This document shows, in pieces, positions 44,473 through 55,055 of a stretch of DNA of 55,087 nt (the stretch's first letter is position 1; the number at the start of each line of letters is the position of its first letter). A program made the translations under genes and the position numbers. This stretch comes from Candidatus Thorarchaeota archaeon (GTDB taxonomy: Archaea; Asgardarchaeota; Thorarchaeia; Thorarchaeales; Thorarchaeaceae), in assembly GCA_046482545.1 (NCBI GenBank), contig JAWOEX010000002.1, forward strand, positions 1-55,087, in the 5' to 3' direction. The notes below the pieces were generated by a model that was not told the origin of the DNA, made no database searches, and was given only the letters and a program-made list of their open reading frames with translations.

Positions 44473-47121
44473 TCAGCTTCCCATATCTACATTCTCATAC
44501 TCAACGGGATTTTCATCAAAGATTTCCTTGCAGTTGGCGGAACAGAAGTAATACATCTTCCCATTATGGACGCTAGTAAGCGCTGTAGAATCCATCTCCA
44601 CATCCATCTTGCATATAGGATCTGTTGCTACTCTAGTCTTAGCTGTACTAGGACTCCCCACCTTGGGTTCCTTATGCTTATCATGACCATAGCTATATCG
44701 TCCCAGTAGTAGGGAGTTCGTGACGACACTCACGCTTGAGAATGCCATTGCTAAAGCGGCAAACTCAGGCCGGAGTATTATACCAGTAAATGGGTATAGG
44801 ACACCAGCTGCAATTGGCAATAGAGCTAAGTTATAGATTAGAGCCCAGAAGAAATTCTGCTTAATCTTCGACATGGTCTTAGCTCCAAGATCTATCCCTC
44901 TAACTACATCCATGAGGTCGTCTTTCACCAGGACAATGTCACCCGTTTCCACAGATACGTCAGTACCGGAACCCAGAGCAATTCCCACATTGGATTGTGC
45001 CAATGCTGGTGCATCATTCACTCCATCACCAGTCATCGCAACCACATGTCCTTCGTCCTGAAGGTTTTTGACCTCGCTGGCTTTATCGCCAGGCATTACT
45101 TCTGCAAGCACATCCTGTATTCCCACTGAACGAGCTATGGCGCGAGCAGTTCGCTCCTTATCACCCGTAATCATTAGTACATTAAGCCCCATATCTCGTA
45201 GTTTCGAAACAGCAGCAGCAGAGCTATCCTTTAGAGTGTCAGCGATGGCAAACAGAGACAGAGGAGCTCCATCCCTTGATGCAAATACTGTTGTTTTTCC
45301 TTGCTCTTGCAGCCGCATAATATGCTCTTCAAAGCAGGTAATGTCGATGCTGTTCTCCTTCATGAAGATGTCATTCCCAACAAGAATCGTTGAACCTCCA
45401 ACAACGGCACTTACTCCCTGACCTGTGACAGAAATGAAGTTCCTTGCTTCTGGGATTTCAATCTCCTTCTCTTCGGCATAGTGAACTATGGCCTCCGCCA
45501 AGGGATGCTCGCTGTTCTTCTCAACAGCCGCTACAAGTTGTAGTATTGATTTATCATCGGTGCCGCCGGCAGAAATGATGTCTGTTACCGTAGGTTTCCC
45601 TATGGTGAGAGTGCCTGTCTTGTCAAAGACAATCGTATCAACCTTAGGGATTGTTTCGAGACCAGCTCCAGTCTTGATGAGTATGCCTTGTTCTGCTCCT
45701 TTTCCAATACCTACCATCAGAGATGTAGGTGTCGCTAAACCGAGGGCACAGGGACAGGCCGCAACAAGAACTGCAATCATGAAGCTGAGTGATCGCACCC
45801 ATTCCTCACCAATGAAAGCAAACCAGGCGAAGAAAGTCACTGCAGCCATTACAATCACTACTGGTACGAAAACTTCCGCGATTGCATCCGCCTTGCGCTG
45901 AATCGGGGGTTTCTGAGTCTGAGCTTTTTCCACCATTCGAACAATCTGAGAGAGGACAGTATCTTGCCCCACCTTCGTTGCACGAGTCTTGAGAACACCA
46001 TTCTTGTTAATCGTAGACCCGATTACAGAGTCACCTGCGTTCTTGCTCACTGGTATCGACTCTCCTGTCACCATAGATTCATCAACAGAAGACTGTCCAT
46101 CGATGACTTCGCCGTCAACAGGAATCTTCTCACCGGGTTTTACAAGAAGAATATCGCCAACTTCCACATCTTCAATGAGAACAGTCATCTCTTCTCCATT
46201 TCGAATCACAACCGCAACCTTCGCCTCCAGGTCCATAAGCTTGCGTATGGCCTTGGATGTGCGACCCTTTGCTACGGCCTCCAAAAACCTGCCTAGAAGT
46301 ATGAACGTAATCAACAGTGCAGCCGTGTCGTAGAATGCCACATAACCTTCAAGAATAAATGTGGCTGCCACTGAGTAGAAGTAAGCTGCACTTGTCCCCA
46401 GCATTATCAAGGTGTCCATATTTGCTTTGCCATGCCTTGCTGCTCTGAGACCCGATTTGTAAAAGGGATATCCTGCAATGAATTGGATTGGAGTTGTGAG
46501 GATGAAGTTCATGACTTCAGGTCCAATGCCAACTGGCAAGAGTGGTTCTAGAACCTGAGGCACTAATGTAAGCATAAGCACAGGTATGCTCAATACGAGA
46601 GAGAATGCGAGTAGTCGTGAGTAGTGCCGAATCTCATGCTGACGAGTCGATGCCTCCCGATCAAGGCCGGTTATGTCGTGCTGCCTTACTTCAAAATTAA
46701 TCTCCTTCAATGCCCTTTTGATTGTCTTGAATGTCACTAGGCTTTCATCGTATTCTATGAGAAGCCGCCCAGAGTCTACGAAAGGATTCGTGCTTATTAT
46801 GCCATCAATCTGACCAACTTGTTCTTGAATCAAATCCCACTGGTTTTGTTCGGGCTCGGGAGCAAGTGTGATTATCATCTTCGCTCTAATGGGTTTGTAT
46901 CCTGTCGATTCTATTGCTTTCTCAAGGCTCACCCTATCGACCTTTTCTGGTTCGTATTCGACAACAGCCTTTTCATCAAGCAGGTTCACAGTCGCGCTTA
47001 TGACACCATTCTGATTCAGTAGCGCCTTCTCGATTGTATTGACACAAGACGCACAATGCATTCCTTCGATTCTGATGGAAGCCTGTGATTTCTGAAGGGT
47101 TGTCTGATTCGTTTTGCTCAT
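44473..47121 (-). CDS. copA: Cu(I)-translocating P1B-1 ATPase with N-terminal HMA domain(s) and C-terminal YHS/TRASH domain
   Basis: GMHCASC, TGES, CPC, DKTGT, EHP, GDGVND, YN, MAFSS, DPICKM...YFCSANC. Confidence 0.95.
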   Translation of the reverse strand: MSKTNQTTLQKSQASIRIEGMHCASCVNTIEKALLNQNGVISATVNLLDEKAVVEYEPEKVDRVSLEKAIESTGYKPIRAKMIITLAPEPEQNQWDLIQEQVGQIDGIISTNPFVDSGRLLIEYDESLVTFKTIKRALKEINFEVRQHDITGLDREASTRQHEIRHYSRLLAFSLVLSIPVLMLTLVPQVLEPLLPVGIGPEVMNFILTTPIQFIAGYPFYKSGLRAARHGKANMDTLIMLGTSAAYFYSVAATFILEGYVAFYDTAALLITFILLGRFLEAVAKGRTSKAIRKLMDLEAKVAVVIRNGEEMTVLIEDVEVGDILLVKPGEKIPVDGEVIDGQSSVDESMVTGESIPVSKNAGDSVIGSTINKNGVLKTRATKVGQDTVLSQIVRMVEKAQTQKPPIQRKADAIAEVFVPVVIVMAAVTFFAWFAFIGEEWVRSLSFMIAVLVAACPCALGLATPTSLMVGIGKGAEQGILIKTGAGLETIPKVDTIVFDKTGTLTIGKPTVTDIISAGGTDDKSILQLVAAVEKNSEHPLAEAIVHYAEEKEIEIPEARNFISVTGQGVSAVVGGSTILVGNDIFMKENSIDITCFEEHIMRLQEQGKTTVFASRDGAPLSLFAIADTLKDSSAAAVSKLRDMGLNVLMITGDKERTARAIARSVGIQDVLAEVMPGDKASEVKNLQDEGHVVAMTGDGVNDAPALAQSNVGIALGSGTDVSVETGDIVLVKDDLMDVVRGIDLGAKTMSKIKQNFFWALIYNLALLPIAAGVLYPFTGIILRPEFAALAMAFSSVSVVTNSLLLGRYSYGHDKHKEPKVGSPSTAKTRVATDPICKMDVEMDSTALTSVHNGKMYYFCSANCKEIFDENPVEYENVDMGS

Positions 47122-47170
47122 TGATTTCACCATCTAAAAGGGATCGCAATCGTGGACCTGGCGACTCCCC

Positions 47171-47204
47171 ATGTATCTGCATAGATATGTCTGTCTCGAT
47201 ATAT
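47171..47204. promoter_or_regulatory. Tandem palindromic operator 1
   Basis: ATGTATC-N6-GATATGTC-N6-GATATAT between divergent copA and YHS gene. Confidence 0.7.
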
Positions 47205-47276
47205 TTATATTGTTGTCGGTACGAATACGATTGTAATAGACAGTCAATCTCGGATGAGACTGAGGAGTTAGATAAC

Positions 47277-47426
47277 ATGGAAGTAGATCCTGTTTCCGGA
47301 ATGAAAGTCGATGAGAAGACTACAAAATTCACGTCAGAATACGATGGAAAAACGTATTATTTTTGTTTGGAGATGTGCAAGAAAGAATTTGATGAGGATC
47401 CCTCAAAATACCTGACTGACCAGTGA
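47277..47426 (+). CDS. Stand-alone YHS/TRASH domain protein (putative copper chaperone)
   Basis: MEVDPVSGMKVD...YDGKTYYFCLEMCKKEF; GAGGAG SD. Confidence 0.85.
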   Translation: MEVDPVSGMKVDEKTTKFTSEYDGKTYYFCLEMCKKEFDEDPSKYLTDQ

Positions 47427-47868
47427 TACGTCAACGATACGAGAGTTGGACAAGAATCCCCAGAAAATCTCTGACTCAATTCTGAGTTGTTTCTGCCATC
47501 CAACTTGTCCGATTCCCTTTTTCCAATCAACAGTGAATTGCTTGTTATATACGAAAAAAGGACAGCCCAGTAGCTATTCCAGTTAGATTGTTAGGCCCCT
47601 TGAGTTGGAGTAACCAACCGTACATGAGTCACCTGGTATCCGTGATGATGAAGACTTTATTCGCGATTTCGTCATATACAGCAAACTGAGAATGACCATG
47701 AGAACATGCATTAGGATTAGACAGAATTTTACATTTACCTCTTTCGACACCGTTTTTGATCAAGCACTTGTATTGACAAGATGCTTGGTCGAAAGAAAAA
47801 AAGGAAATGGAGCAGATTATTGACTATTTCTAAGCTGTTTTTGTTCGCGTGTTGTTCAAAGTCGAAGT

Positions 47869-48339
47869 TCATTTTGTTCTGTCTGCTATGAAAGCGGCGG
47901 CACAATGAGGACAACAAAATGCCAAGACCTTGCCATCAACTTCCTTATGATAGCCCCCATCAAAGATTCTAACTCCACAGCTTGCACATTTGTCCAAAGT
48001 TGGTTCAATAGCTGATGCCGTTATAGCGGAAAAACGTCGGAAGAGCCTCTCGCAAAATTTCTCACCTTTTTCGGATAGATAATAGACTTTCTTTGGCCTC
48101 TTGCCTACAGATTCATCTATTTTATTGACTAGGCCCTTATCTTCTAGCTTCTGAAGAAATGGATAAAGCGTGCCAGCACTGAGGGTCTTTCCCGTTCTAC
48201 TCTTGAACTTCTTGATCAGAGCGTAGCCATGGTTTGGTTCTTCACTCAAGAGAAGAAGTATGTAGAATTGAGAGAAGTCGGATAGGATCTCTTTCATGTC
48301 CTCTTCTCGTCCAATGTTATCTTTGTGGTTTGAAGTCAT
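47869..48339 (-). CDS. PadR-family regulator with C-terminal Cys-rich TRASH-like domain
   Basis: HGYAL, SAGTLYPFL, KKVYYLSEKG; CASCG...FCCPHC. Confidence 0.88.
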   Translation of the reverse strand: MTSNHKDNIGREEDMKEILSDFSQFYILLLLSEEPNHGYALIKKFKSRTGKTLSAGTLYPFLQKLEDKGLVNKIDESVGKRPKKVYYLSEKGEKFCERLFRRFSAITASAIEPTLDKCASCGVRIFDGGYHKEVDGKVLAFCCPHCAAAFIADRTK

Positions 48340-48542
48340 TTCGCCATCCCCATTTCATTTTTCCTTTGATGACATAATTGAAAAGCCCATGAAACTGCTT
48401 GTCTCCGTTTACGGACTGTGTCAGCATCTAGCTGAACTCTCTTTTACAAGGAATTAAGACTTATGCTAAGGCCAGAAGAGGAAGCCCGTTGCACAGAATC
48501 TGCGTTTCTCAGATGGGTTTATTGATATCTGTCAATATCGAT

Positions 48543-48977
48543 TTATGCAGAATTATCGCTAAGGCGCCTAGTTCCTGGTGACCAGAGAATGGCAAGAATT
48601 CCGCCTACGATTCCGAGAATGAGGCCTAATCCCATTCCACCCATCCCTCCGAATATACTAAAGGCAGATAGAACTATGATGATTGCACCCCAAGTCCCGT
48701 GTTTACTGGGATTTCTCCTTAGCATCTCTGAAGATACAATTATTCCAGCTCCCAAAATGATGCCAACCACTCCGAAAACATAGCCAAATGAACCGAAGTT
48801 CATGAAGTGGAAATGCTGTTCGGTCGGATGCATAAATGAATCATACCAGTTCATCCATTCGACTGACCAATTTAATCCCATAAATAATACCCACAGTAAT
48901 CCAACAACAGCGATTACCAATCCTGCAAGGATTGATAATACATATGCCTCCATGGGCCTTTCATTACTCTGTGTCAT
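48543..48977 (-). CDS. Hypothetical Gly-rich membrane protein with Met/His-rich loop
   Basis: 4 TM; WMNWYDSFMHPTEQHFHFM loop; GGMGGMGLGLILGIVGG. Confidence 0.8.
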   Translation of the reverse strand: MTQSNERPMEAYVLSILAGLVIAVVGLLWVLFMGLNWSVEWMNWYDSFMHPTEQHFHFMNFGSFGYVFGVVGIILGAGIIVSSEMLRRNPSKHGTWGAIIIVLSAFSIFGGMGGMGLGLILGIVGGILAILWSPGTRRLSDNSA

Positions 48978-49073
48978 TTTCCTAATCTCTCCTTATCCCG
49001 ACATGGCAAGAATCATATGCAGGCCAAAGTCGGAATTCTCTTTTTGACGTATATTTATGGCGTGGGTTTATTA

Positions 49074-49107
49074 ATATATCCATGTGGATATATCCATGTT
49101 GATATAT
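49074..49107. promoter_or_regulatory. Tandem palindromic operator 2
   Basis: ATATATC-CATGTG-GATATATC-CATGTT-GATATAT. Confidence 0.75.
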
Positions 49108-49297
49108 GCTAGTGAAAGCGGGCGTTTTTGCGAACTATATATTATTCTTTGAAACTTCTGTCGCATTATGTGTTGTCTCAAGGTTGCAAGACTTATAGGT
49201 CATGCATCGTTTCTCATACTTTTCTGTCCAAGATGGGGCTCATAAATCAGCTTCACTTTTCACTCTGATAGAGCCCTCTTGTTGTTCCTTCAATTTA

Positions 49298-49540
49298 TCA
49301 TGAATTCAGTATCTTCCGGAATTCAATTTCAAGTTTGGATCCGCAATAAGGACACTTAGCGCTCACTGGTCCAACCCACTCAACCTGTTGAGAATGGATA
49401 GAGGCACCACATTCTGAGCACTCATCTGGAATTTGAGGGATTGCCAGTTGTGACACACTCTCGGGTTCCGAAGAGTCAGTATTATCCAAACCTAGTTTTG
49501 CAAATATTGTTCGCCACGGAATTTTAGGTCCACATCCCAT
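49298..49540 (-). CDS. Small zinc-ribbon protein
   Basis: MGCG N-terminus; CSECG...CPYCG. Confidence 0.75.
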   Translation of the reverse strand: MGCGPKIPWRTIFAKLGLDNTDSSEPESVSQLAIPQIPDECSECGASIHSQQVEWVGPVSAKCPYCGSKLEIEFRKILNS

Positions 49541-49598
49541 TGATCATCACTTCCTTTAGATCACGCTTCATCAATACAATATTGCAGTACCCTATTAA

Positions 49599-49632
49599 AT
49601 ATATCGAGATAGATATATCTATTGAGATATAA
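49599..49632. promoter_or_regulatory. Tandem palindromic operator 3
   Basis: ATATATC-GAGATA-GATATATC-TATTGA-GATATAA. Confidence 0.75.
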
Positions 49633-50045
49633 ATTATTCGCGTTGTTATCGGAGTTGAACATGTATGTTGCTTCCTAAGAAATAGTAAGCAAAGAAATAT
49701 CTATATGAGACAGAGATTCTCTGGACCATGTACACACATTACAGTCTTTGCTGCACCTGAAATTACTAATCAGAAAGCGATTCCCTTCGTTTGAGAGAAA
49801 TTTGCTTCTATTCCTTCTAGAACAAGCCCTAAACACAAAGCTAATTGATCTCTGATTTCTTTCGAATGAAAATGACAACTGCAACAGCCATCAATGCGAA
49901 GGTAACCCAGAAGAATGGATTCCGAAGGAAATGCAGTATAGGGGGGAGGCTCAGGCATAACGGCGACGCTTTCGAACTAGGTCGAGGAGGTGTTCAGTCT
50001 CCAAGGTTGATGCAACTATTAATATTAGGAAACCAATGCCGACTT

Positions 50046-50249
50046 ATGCCAATTGTCAAAGTCAAGTTATGGGAAGGCGTATCGAAGGATGCTGTAGAAC
50101 GCATAATATCCGGAATTACTGATGTCTTTGTTGAAATAGGGATTCCGGAGCGAGCTGTTGAAATAGTTGTTCAAGAAATCCCGAAATCCCACTGGGGAGT
50201 AGGGGGCAAACCGGCTTCAAAGGCTATGCCAGACGAGGAACCGCCATAA
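50046..50249 (+). CDS. 4-oxalocrotonate tautomerase family protein
   Basis: MPIVKV (catalytic Pro1), ITDVFV, EIPKSHWGVGG. Confidence 0.9.
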   Translation: MPIVKVKLWEGVSKDAVERIISGITDVFVEIGIPERAVEIVVQEIPKSHWGVGGKPASKAMPDEEPP

Positions 50250-50280
50250 GATTCTCAGACAGTTAGATTTGATGCGTCAC

Positions 50281-50311
50281 GGATGAAGGCACCCATTCTC
50301 TAAGATCCGAC
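50281..50311 (+). repeat. Palindromic repeat, degenerate left-arm remnant (H')
   Basis: GGATGAAGGCACCCATTCTCTAAGATCCGAC resembles copy A left arm GAATGGAGGCACGCTTTCTGTGAGGTTCCGAC. Confidence 0.6.
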
Positions 50312-50389
50312 GGCAAGTATTGTGTCTCCATCAGTAGTATTAACCACATAGTCGGTCTCTTCTCACATTCATTCTATTAAGACAAAAAA

Positions 50390-50490
50390 GATGCTGAGGA
50401 TGGAGGTACTGTTTCACTGAGGTCCTGCTCAAATCTTGACAACTCTAGGTGTTGCACGAGCTATATTTTCGGTCCGCTCCCCTCGAACGG
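50390..50490 (+). repeat. Palindromic repeat, copy H (full)
   Basis: GATGCTGAGGATGGAGGTACTGTTTCACTGAGG...CAAATCTTGACAACTCTAGGTG...TTTTCGGTCCGCTCCCCTCGAACGG. Confidence 0.9.
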
Positions 50491-50535
50491 AAGGAAGTGA
50501 AGGGAAAGGTGTATTCTGATAGGCAAACTAGTAGA

Positions 50536-50958
50536 CTATTCAAGAAATTGCACATCATCAGTAAGCAGGCCAGTCTCGATGGCGTTCACAATTTCAGCTT
50601 CTCTTCGAGCAAAGACGGGCAGTCCATCCAACACACGAGAAGCACCAATTGTGAAACAATCAGGCAAAGCAATAGGAATGTGGCATTTGATTTTGGCAGC
50701 TTCCCCCCAGACGATCCCGGTAGGGATGATTCGGACAACAGATGAATGGATTAGATTCTTCGTCTCATCCCAGGCTGACTTCCAATCTAGCTTTCTGCAT
50801 ATGATATACGTTAATTCACATAGAGCGAATTCTGTACAGACATAACGATTCTCTTCCGAAGGCATCCGCTTAGCAAGATCTTCTGCAGATGGTTCGCCGA
50901 GGGCTAGTGCAAGCAGAACGCCGGCGTCAAGAACCAGGACCTGTTGAGACTCACTCAT
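50536..50958 (-). CDS. VapC/PIN toxin (family 1, copy b)
   Basis: Close paralog of 31986-32408 (LVLDAGVL...LPDCFT...QFLE). Confidence 0.88.
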   Translation of the reverse strand: MSESQQVLVLDAGVLLALALGEPSAEDLAKRMPSEENRYVCTEFALCELTYIICRKLDWKSAWDETKNLIHSSVVRIIPTGIVWGEAAKIKCHIPIALPDCFTIGASRVLDGLPVFARREAEIVNAIETGLLTDDVQFLE

Positions 50959-51193
50959 TGTCAAGACGCCTCTCAGAGATAAGGTCACGATAAGCGGATT
51001 TGAAGTCCACCCCCGCTAATGGCGTCACAAATTCATTCCAAGCTTCAATGTCGACCTTCTGCCGATCATATATATCAACTAACGCCTGAATTACTGTATC
51101 GAAGTCAATGCGCTCTTGAGTTTTCTGTTGAATTTCACCAGCAATCCTCAACAGCTCTCGCCGAGTTTTTTCTTTGATAGATATGGTTGTCAT
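50951..51193 (-). CDS. Putative VapB-type antitoxin (family 1, copy b)
   Basis: Close paralog of 32401-32643. Confidence 0.8.
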   Translation of the reverse strand: MTTISIKEKTRRELLRIAGEIQQKTQERIDFDTVIQALVDIYDRQKVDIEAWNEFVTPLAGVDFKSAYRDLISERRLDNE

Positions 51194-51395
51194 GTTATGA
51201 GAATTATTTTGTGTTTACTGTAATAAACATAATGACTGTGTCTTACACAGATAATGTCAAATAATTGGTAGCATCCACAATAAACAGATCACAAATAGAT
51301 GCTCACGTCATCATCTACCTTGTTTGCCCTAACGTGGATTTCACTTCCATCCCGATATGGAATTTCGACGCAGTTCCAATCCCCCACTACCACAT

Positions 51396-51474
51396 CACAT
51401 CTTGACAACTCTGGGTGCAGCACGAGTCATACTTTCGGTCTGCTCGCCTCGGACAGTAGTAGCGGTGAGCTGAA
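51396..51474 (+). repeat. Palindromic repeat, copy I (centre and right arm)
   Basis: CACATCTTGACAACTCTGGGTGCAGCACGAGTCATACTTTCGGTCTGCTCGCCTCGGACAGTAGTAGCGGTGAGCTGAA. Confidence 0.9.
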
Positions 51475-51491
51475 CACCTAGCTGTGAGAGA

Positions 51492-51600
51492 TTATCGACA
51501 TTTCTTTGAAAATACAACCACTAAGACTATGGCTAACCTTATCGCAGGAGCGGCTGCGGCAACGAACCACATCGAGAGTTAGCCTTCAAATTCGTCTGTT
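51492..51600 (-). pseudogene. Second orphan C-terminal TM anchor remnant
   Basis: TDEFEG*LSMWFVAAAAPAIRLAIVLVVVFSKKCR*; same position relative to the repeat as 36779-36916. Confidence 0.55.
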
Positions 51601-51632
51601 TGTTGGTTATTGGGCTTGGGAAGTTGCATACA

Positions 51633-52481
51633 CTATCTGATTTCTGAATCCTTTGACCAGATTACGACAGTGATAGAAGTTCCGACAATTAGTGGAACAA
51701 GCTCCACTGTGGGAAGTCGCTGAATGAGTGTCTGAATCTCTTCATAGCCCCAGTAGCAGGTCAGTGAGCCGTTGATAGAATGATCCGAATGATTCGATTC
51801 GGAACCACTCTGAACGAACCACTGGCCAAGTTCTCCTTCAAGTTTTCCAATCTGAGTATCATTGAATTGGTTTTTGTATCGAATCGACATGAAGCCTAGA
51901 ATACGTACCGTAGCATCGTCCTTGACTCCAACGGATAGTGATCGAGGTTGAGCAGCTTCATCTAATTCCTGGACTTGGTAGAAATCGACGGATAATAGGT
52001 CAGTAACAGAATCATATCGTATGTAGAAGCCATCAGAAACAATATTGTGCGATGGTGTTTTACTGTTTATTGAGGTGACCATAGGAACAACAGTCGCCAC
52101 CTCTTCTCTCGATGTGCCATTCGTCACTTCCAAAAAGAATCCGAAGCGCACTGTTATGTTGTATTCCGAGCTCTTTCTATGGGGATAGGGGTTAGATGGG
52201 TCTATGCTTGTCCCGTTCATATAGTCGAACCCGTATGCAAACTGGAAGAACACTCGAAAAGTCTCAAACCCTACAGCTTCAGGTATGCTTGTGTTTCCAG
52301 GTTCAGAAGGCAAATGTGCGAGAGGGTAGTGGATACCATCAACACTGGGACTGACATAGCCGCCTGTTCTGGCTATGTGTTCAAAGGTCCCCAAGTGTAC
52401 TTCTGTCATCCGCCACCTCTCGTCTGCAAGATACAATCCTGAGAATATCAGGCCCGTAGTAAACAGCATGATTGCTGCCAT
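51633..52481 (-). CDS. Hypothetical protein with N- and C-terminal hydrophobic segments
   Basis: 282-aa ORF; no family recognised. Confidence 0.65.
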   Translation of the reverse strand: MAAIMLFTTGLIFSGLYLADERWRMTEVHLGTFEHIARTGGYVSPSVDGIHYPLAHLPSEPGNTSIPEAVGFETFRVFFQFAYGFDYMNGTSIDPSNPYPHRKSSEYNITVRFGFFLEVTNGTSREEVATVVPMVTSINSKTPSHNIVSDGFYIRYDSVTDLLSVDFYQVQELDEAAQPRSLSVGVKDDATVRILGFMSIRYKNQFNDTQIGKLEGELGQWFVQSGSESNHSDHSINGSLTCYWGYEEIQTLIQRLPTVELVPLIVGTSITVVIWSKDSEIR

Positions 52482-52570
52482 CTGTGCGGCATTCCACAGT
52501 ATACTCCGGTCTATTCTCGTAGCCTCCCTTGAATCATGAACTCCTTCTATCGACCATTTGTGCGATATGT

Positions 52571-54715
52571 CTAGTCGATTGTATAGTATCTTCCCTCCAC
52601 AACAATAACGAAATCTACTGGCTTTGAACGTTCTTTTCTACATTCAAAGTAGAGATAGATTTTTTCGCCGGGTGATAGATTGGCATGGACATCATCGGAA
52701 TATTGAAGTTCGCCAAGAACACTTCCTTTTTCGCTATGGATCGCTTCTTGGAGCTGCATCCTTTGGATTTCAATCTGATGCATAGGCTTTGTATCAATGC
52801 CAATGAAGTCGAGTTTGTGATGTGCGGTCCAAGTCAACCTGACTATTAGGGGCTCTGTAGTCTGACGAGCTAGGGATTCTGCAATCGGTATGACATTATG
52901 AGACCATCTAATCCGGGGTATAACAACTGCAATCTCACTCCAACCATTAATGGTTTTGATATCAACATGAATAGAGAATTTCTGATCTGCATCAGCTCTC
53001 ATGACTAGTCTGGCACCACTCTTGAACTGAGCATTTTCAAATTTCAGGATGACTTCATCACCTTTTTCGCCTGAATAGTAGTCTCCATCTTCGCACCCTA
53101 ACAGATTCGCAATATTAGTCTCGTTGTTTGCCCATGCCTCCTCCGGGGGATGGGGAGACATGTAAGACATAATATCACCGCTGGGCGTTATACCAACCCG
53201 AGTGGCGGCATCATGACTTACGGCGAGCAGTTCAACCTCATCGAGCGAAGAGACCTCTTGTTCAAATTCAGAAATCATAAGATGACGCATGCCATAGCGA
53301 GGCAGCGGATTGGTTGCAAGCTTATATCTATCAACCCAATCAGATTCTCCCCCAAATATCTCGGATTGGGGCAGTAGGTTATTATCTAGAGCGTATCCCG
53401 TACCATTCCATTCACTAACGAAAGGACATCCGCCTCCGTCCTCATAGATGTAGTCATACATGTTCAAATCAAACATGTTTCCACCATAAAACCGGAGGGC
53501 CCAATTATCCCCATATGGCTGAGTCCACGACACATGATGGGTTGTCTTAACTATATGAGTATTCGTAAACTGAATCTTCGCAGACGCTCCGAATACATCC
53601 TTCCTCTCCACATCGAAACCGAAAACATGGGTATGACTATCACTATCAGTGATTTTCAGGTTCATTCCGTTGAGCTGGGGTATCCGCCATTCCCCTCGAT
53701 ACTCATCACGGGTTTCAGATATGCCCTGTGCCCCGTCTAGTTCATCTACACTCATTGTATACCATTTATCGATGAATTCCCTTTGGAAATCGCCTAAATC
53801 GTGCCAGAATAGACCATCATGATACATTATGGAACCACTCTGGTAGATATGCCTGAATTCTCCTAATCGGGTCCTTACATCTCCATCGGTTGCGACAGTC
53901 GGATCCTGGATGTCCAATTCAAATGTAATCGTATCTTCATAGGTATAGGAGCCCCCAAGACCGGTCGCTTCTATTTCTGATTCGAAGGTCATTTCCTCCT
54001 CATCATAGTTGCTCATGTAGAACTCGTGTATTACGCCGGGTTCTGAGTCAACAAGTGCGACAGGATGCCACTGATTGATAATCTGTTCGTTTTCAACTAC
54101 CAAATACGTGGTGCCGTATAACCACACCATATCGCCTTCATCATCGGGAGAATTTTCAGGGGTTTTTCGTACTCCACGTTTTCTGCACGCAGTCTCGAAC
54201 CTATGTTGATCTATCAAGACTGGTGGAGATGACTTGTCATTTTGAGAATATACTGCAATATGATTGTCAGGAATGTCGATGTTCTTAAAATCAGGTAGCA
54301 AGTCAACACTAACTGAATGATTTGAATCTGGTCGCATTTCAACGAGTAACTTCTTTTGGTCTTCTGACTCACTTATCCTGAATTCCTGGTATGCATGTGA
54401 ACCGGCTCCTATATCTTCATCAATAGTTCTTGCAAGAAGATAGTAGTCGCCAGGGACAAGCCTTGTTTCCGCCATCCCAAGACCATTAGATAATAGCGTG
54501 CTCCATTTTTCTATAGAACCCACTTCGTGAATTACTATTTTCACATCTTTTGCCGGATCACGTTCTCCTGCAATATCAATGGAAACCGGAACCTTGCTAT
54601 CTGGGAAGTTTCCCTCATTTGGATTCGTAGCTCCTACGAATAAAGCTAGGAGCAAAACTATCATCATAACGCATACTGAAATTGACCTTCTATTCCCGAA
54701 ACTCATCTCTACCAA
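52571..54715 (-). CDS. Secreted hypothetical protein with C-terminal GGCPF..WNG beta-rich domain
   Basis: Signal peptide (RRSISVCVMMIVLLLALFVGA); GGGCPFVSEWNGTGYALDNNLLP...DRYKL...EFEQEVSSLDEVELLAVSH. Confidence 0.8.
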   Translation of the reverse strand: MVEMSFGNRRSISVCVMMIVLLLALFVGATNPNEGNFPDSKVPVSIDIAGERDPAKDVKIVIHEVGSIEKWSTLLSNGLGMAETRLVPGDYYLLARTIDEDIGAGSHAYQEFRISESEDQKKLLVEMRPDSNHSVSVDLLPDFKNIDIPDNHIAVYSQNDKSSPPVLIDQHRFETACRKRGVRKTPENSPDDEGDMVWLYGTTYLVVENEQIINQWHPVALVDSEPGVIHEFYMSNYDEEEMTFESEIEATGLGGSYTYEDTITFELDIQDPTVATDGDVRTRLGEFRHIYQSGSIMYHDGLFWHDLGDFQREFIDKWYTMSVDELDGAQGISETRDEYRGEWRIPQLNGMNLKITDSDSHTHVFGFDVERKDVFGASAKIQFTNTHIVKTTHHVSWTQPYGDNWALRFYGGNMFDLNMYDYIYEDGGGCPFVSEWNGTGYALDNNLLPQSEIFGGESDWVDRYKLATNPLPRYGMRHLMISEFEQEVSSLDEVELLAVSHDAATRVGITPSGDIMSYMSPHPPEEAWANNETNIANLLGCEDGDYYSGEKGDEVILKFENAQFKSGARLVMRADADQKFSIHVDIKTINGWSEIAVVIPRIRWSHNVIPIAESLARQTTEPLIVRLTWTAHHKLDFIGIDTKPMHQIEIQRMQLQEAIHSEKGSVLGELQYSDDVHANLSPGEKIYLYFECRKERSKPVDFVIVVEGRYYTID

Positions 54716-55055
54716 ACTGTGTAGGATACTAGATTTAGATAATATAAGGCCTCCAAGGTCGCGCTAGAAGCCGCCAAGAGCCCCAATCTAAGCCATTTCT
54801 GAATCCAAGGAAGAAACAACTTGGAAAAAGACCAAATACTGCAAAGTCTAATCTAAACATTCGGACAATAATTCATAATGGATAATGCGACAGGAAAGTA
54901 CCAGAAAAGGCGAATTGGTAGTGAAGACAATAGCCATGTACAGAACATGGTTTTACCGTTCCACAAAGCACAGCTATGAAGGTTTCTAAAGTGAAAATCA
55001 AGACAGAGCTCGATCTATTATTTATGGCCCCTTCAATGCGAAGAACAATTGAGAA

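Noticed and set aside
49675-50045. ORFs 49675-49958 and the long N-terminal extension of the tautomerase ORF
   Set aside because: Tautomerases need Pro at the mature N-terminus, so the start is 50046; the others lack support.
50390-50490. Hammerhead ribozyme (CTGAGGA matches CUGANGA) or degenerate tRNA
   Set aside because: No correctly placed GAAA or stems on the same strand; no cloverleaf or T-loop.
50391-50490. Small peptide encoded by the repeat (MLRMEVL...)
   Set aside because: Indels between copies break the frame and most copies lack the start.
54760-54950. Possible decayed membrane-protein gene on minus strand (LFWYFPVAL)
   Set aside because: Interrupted by stops and too short to support.
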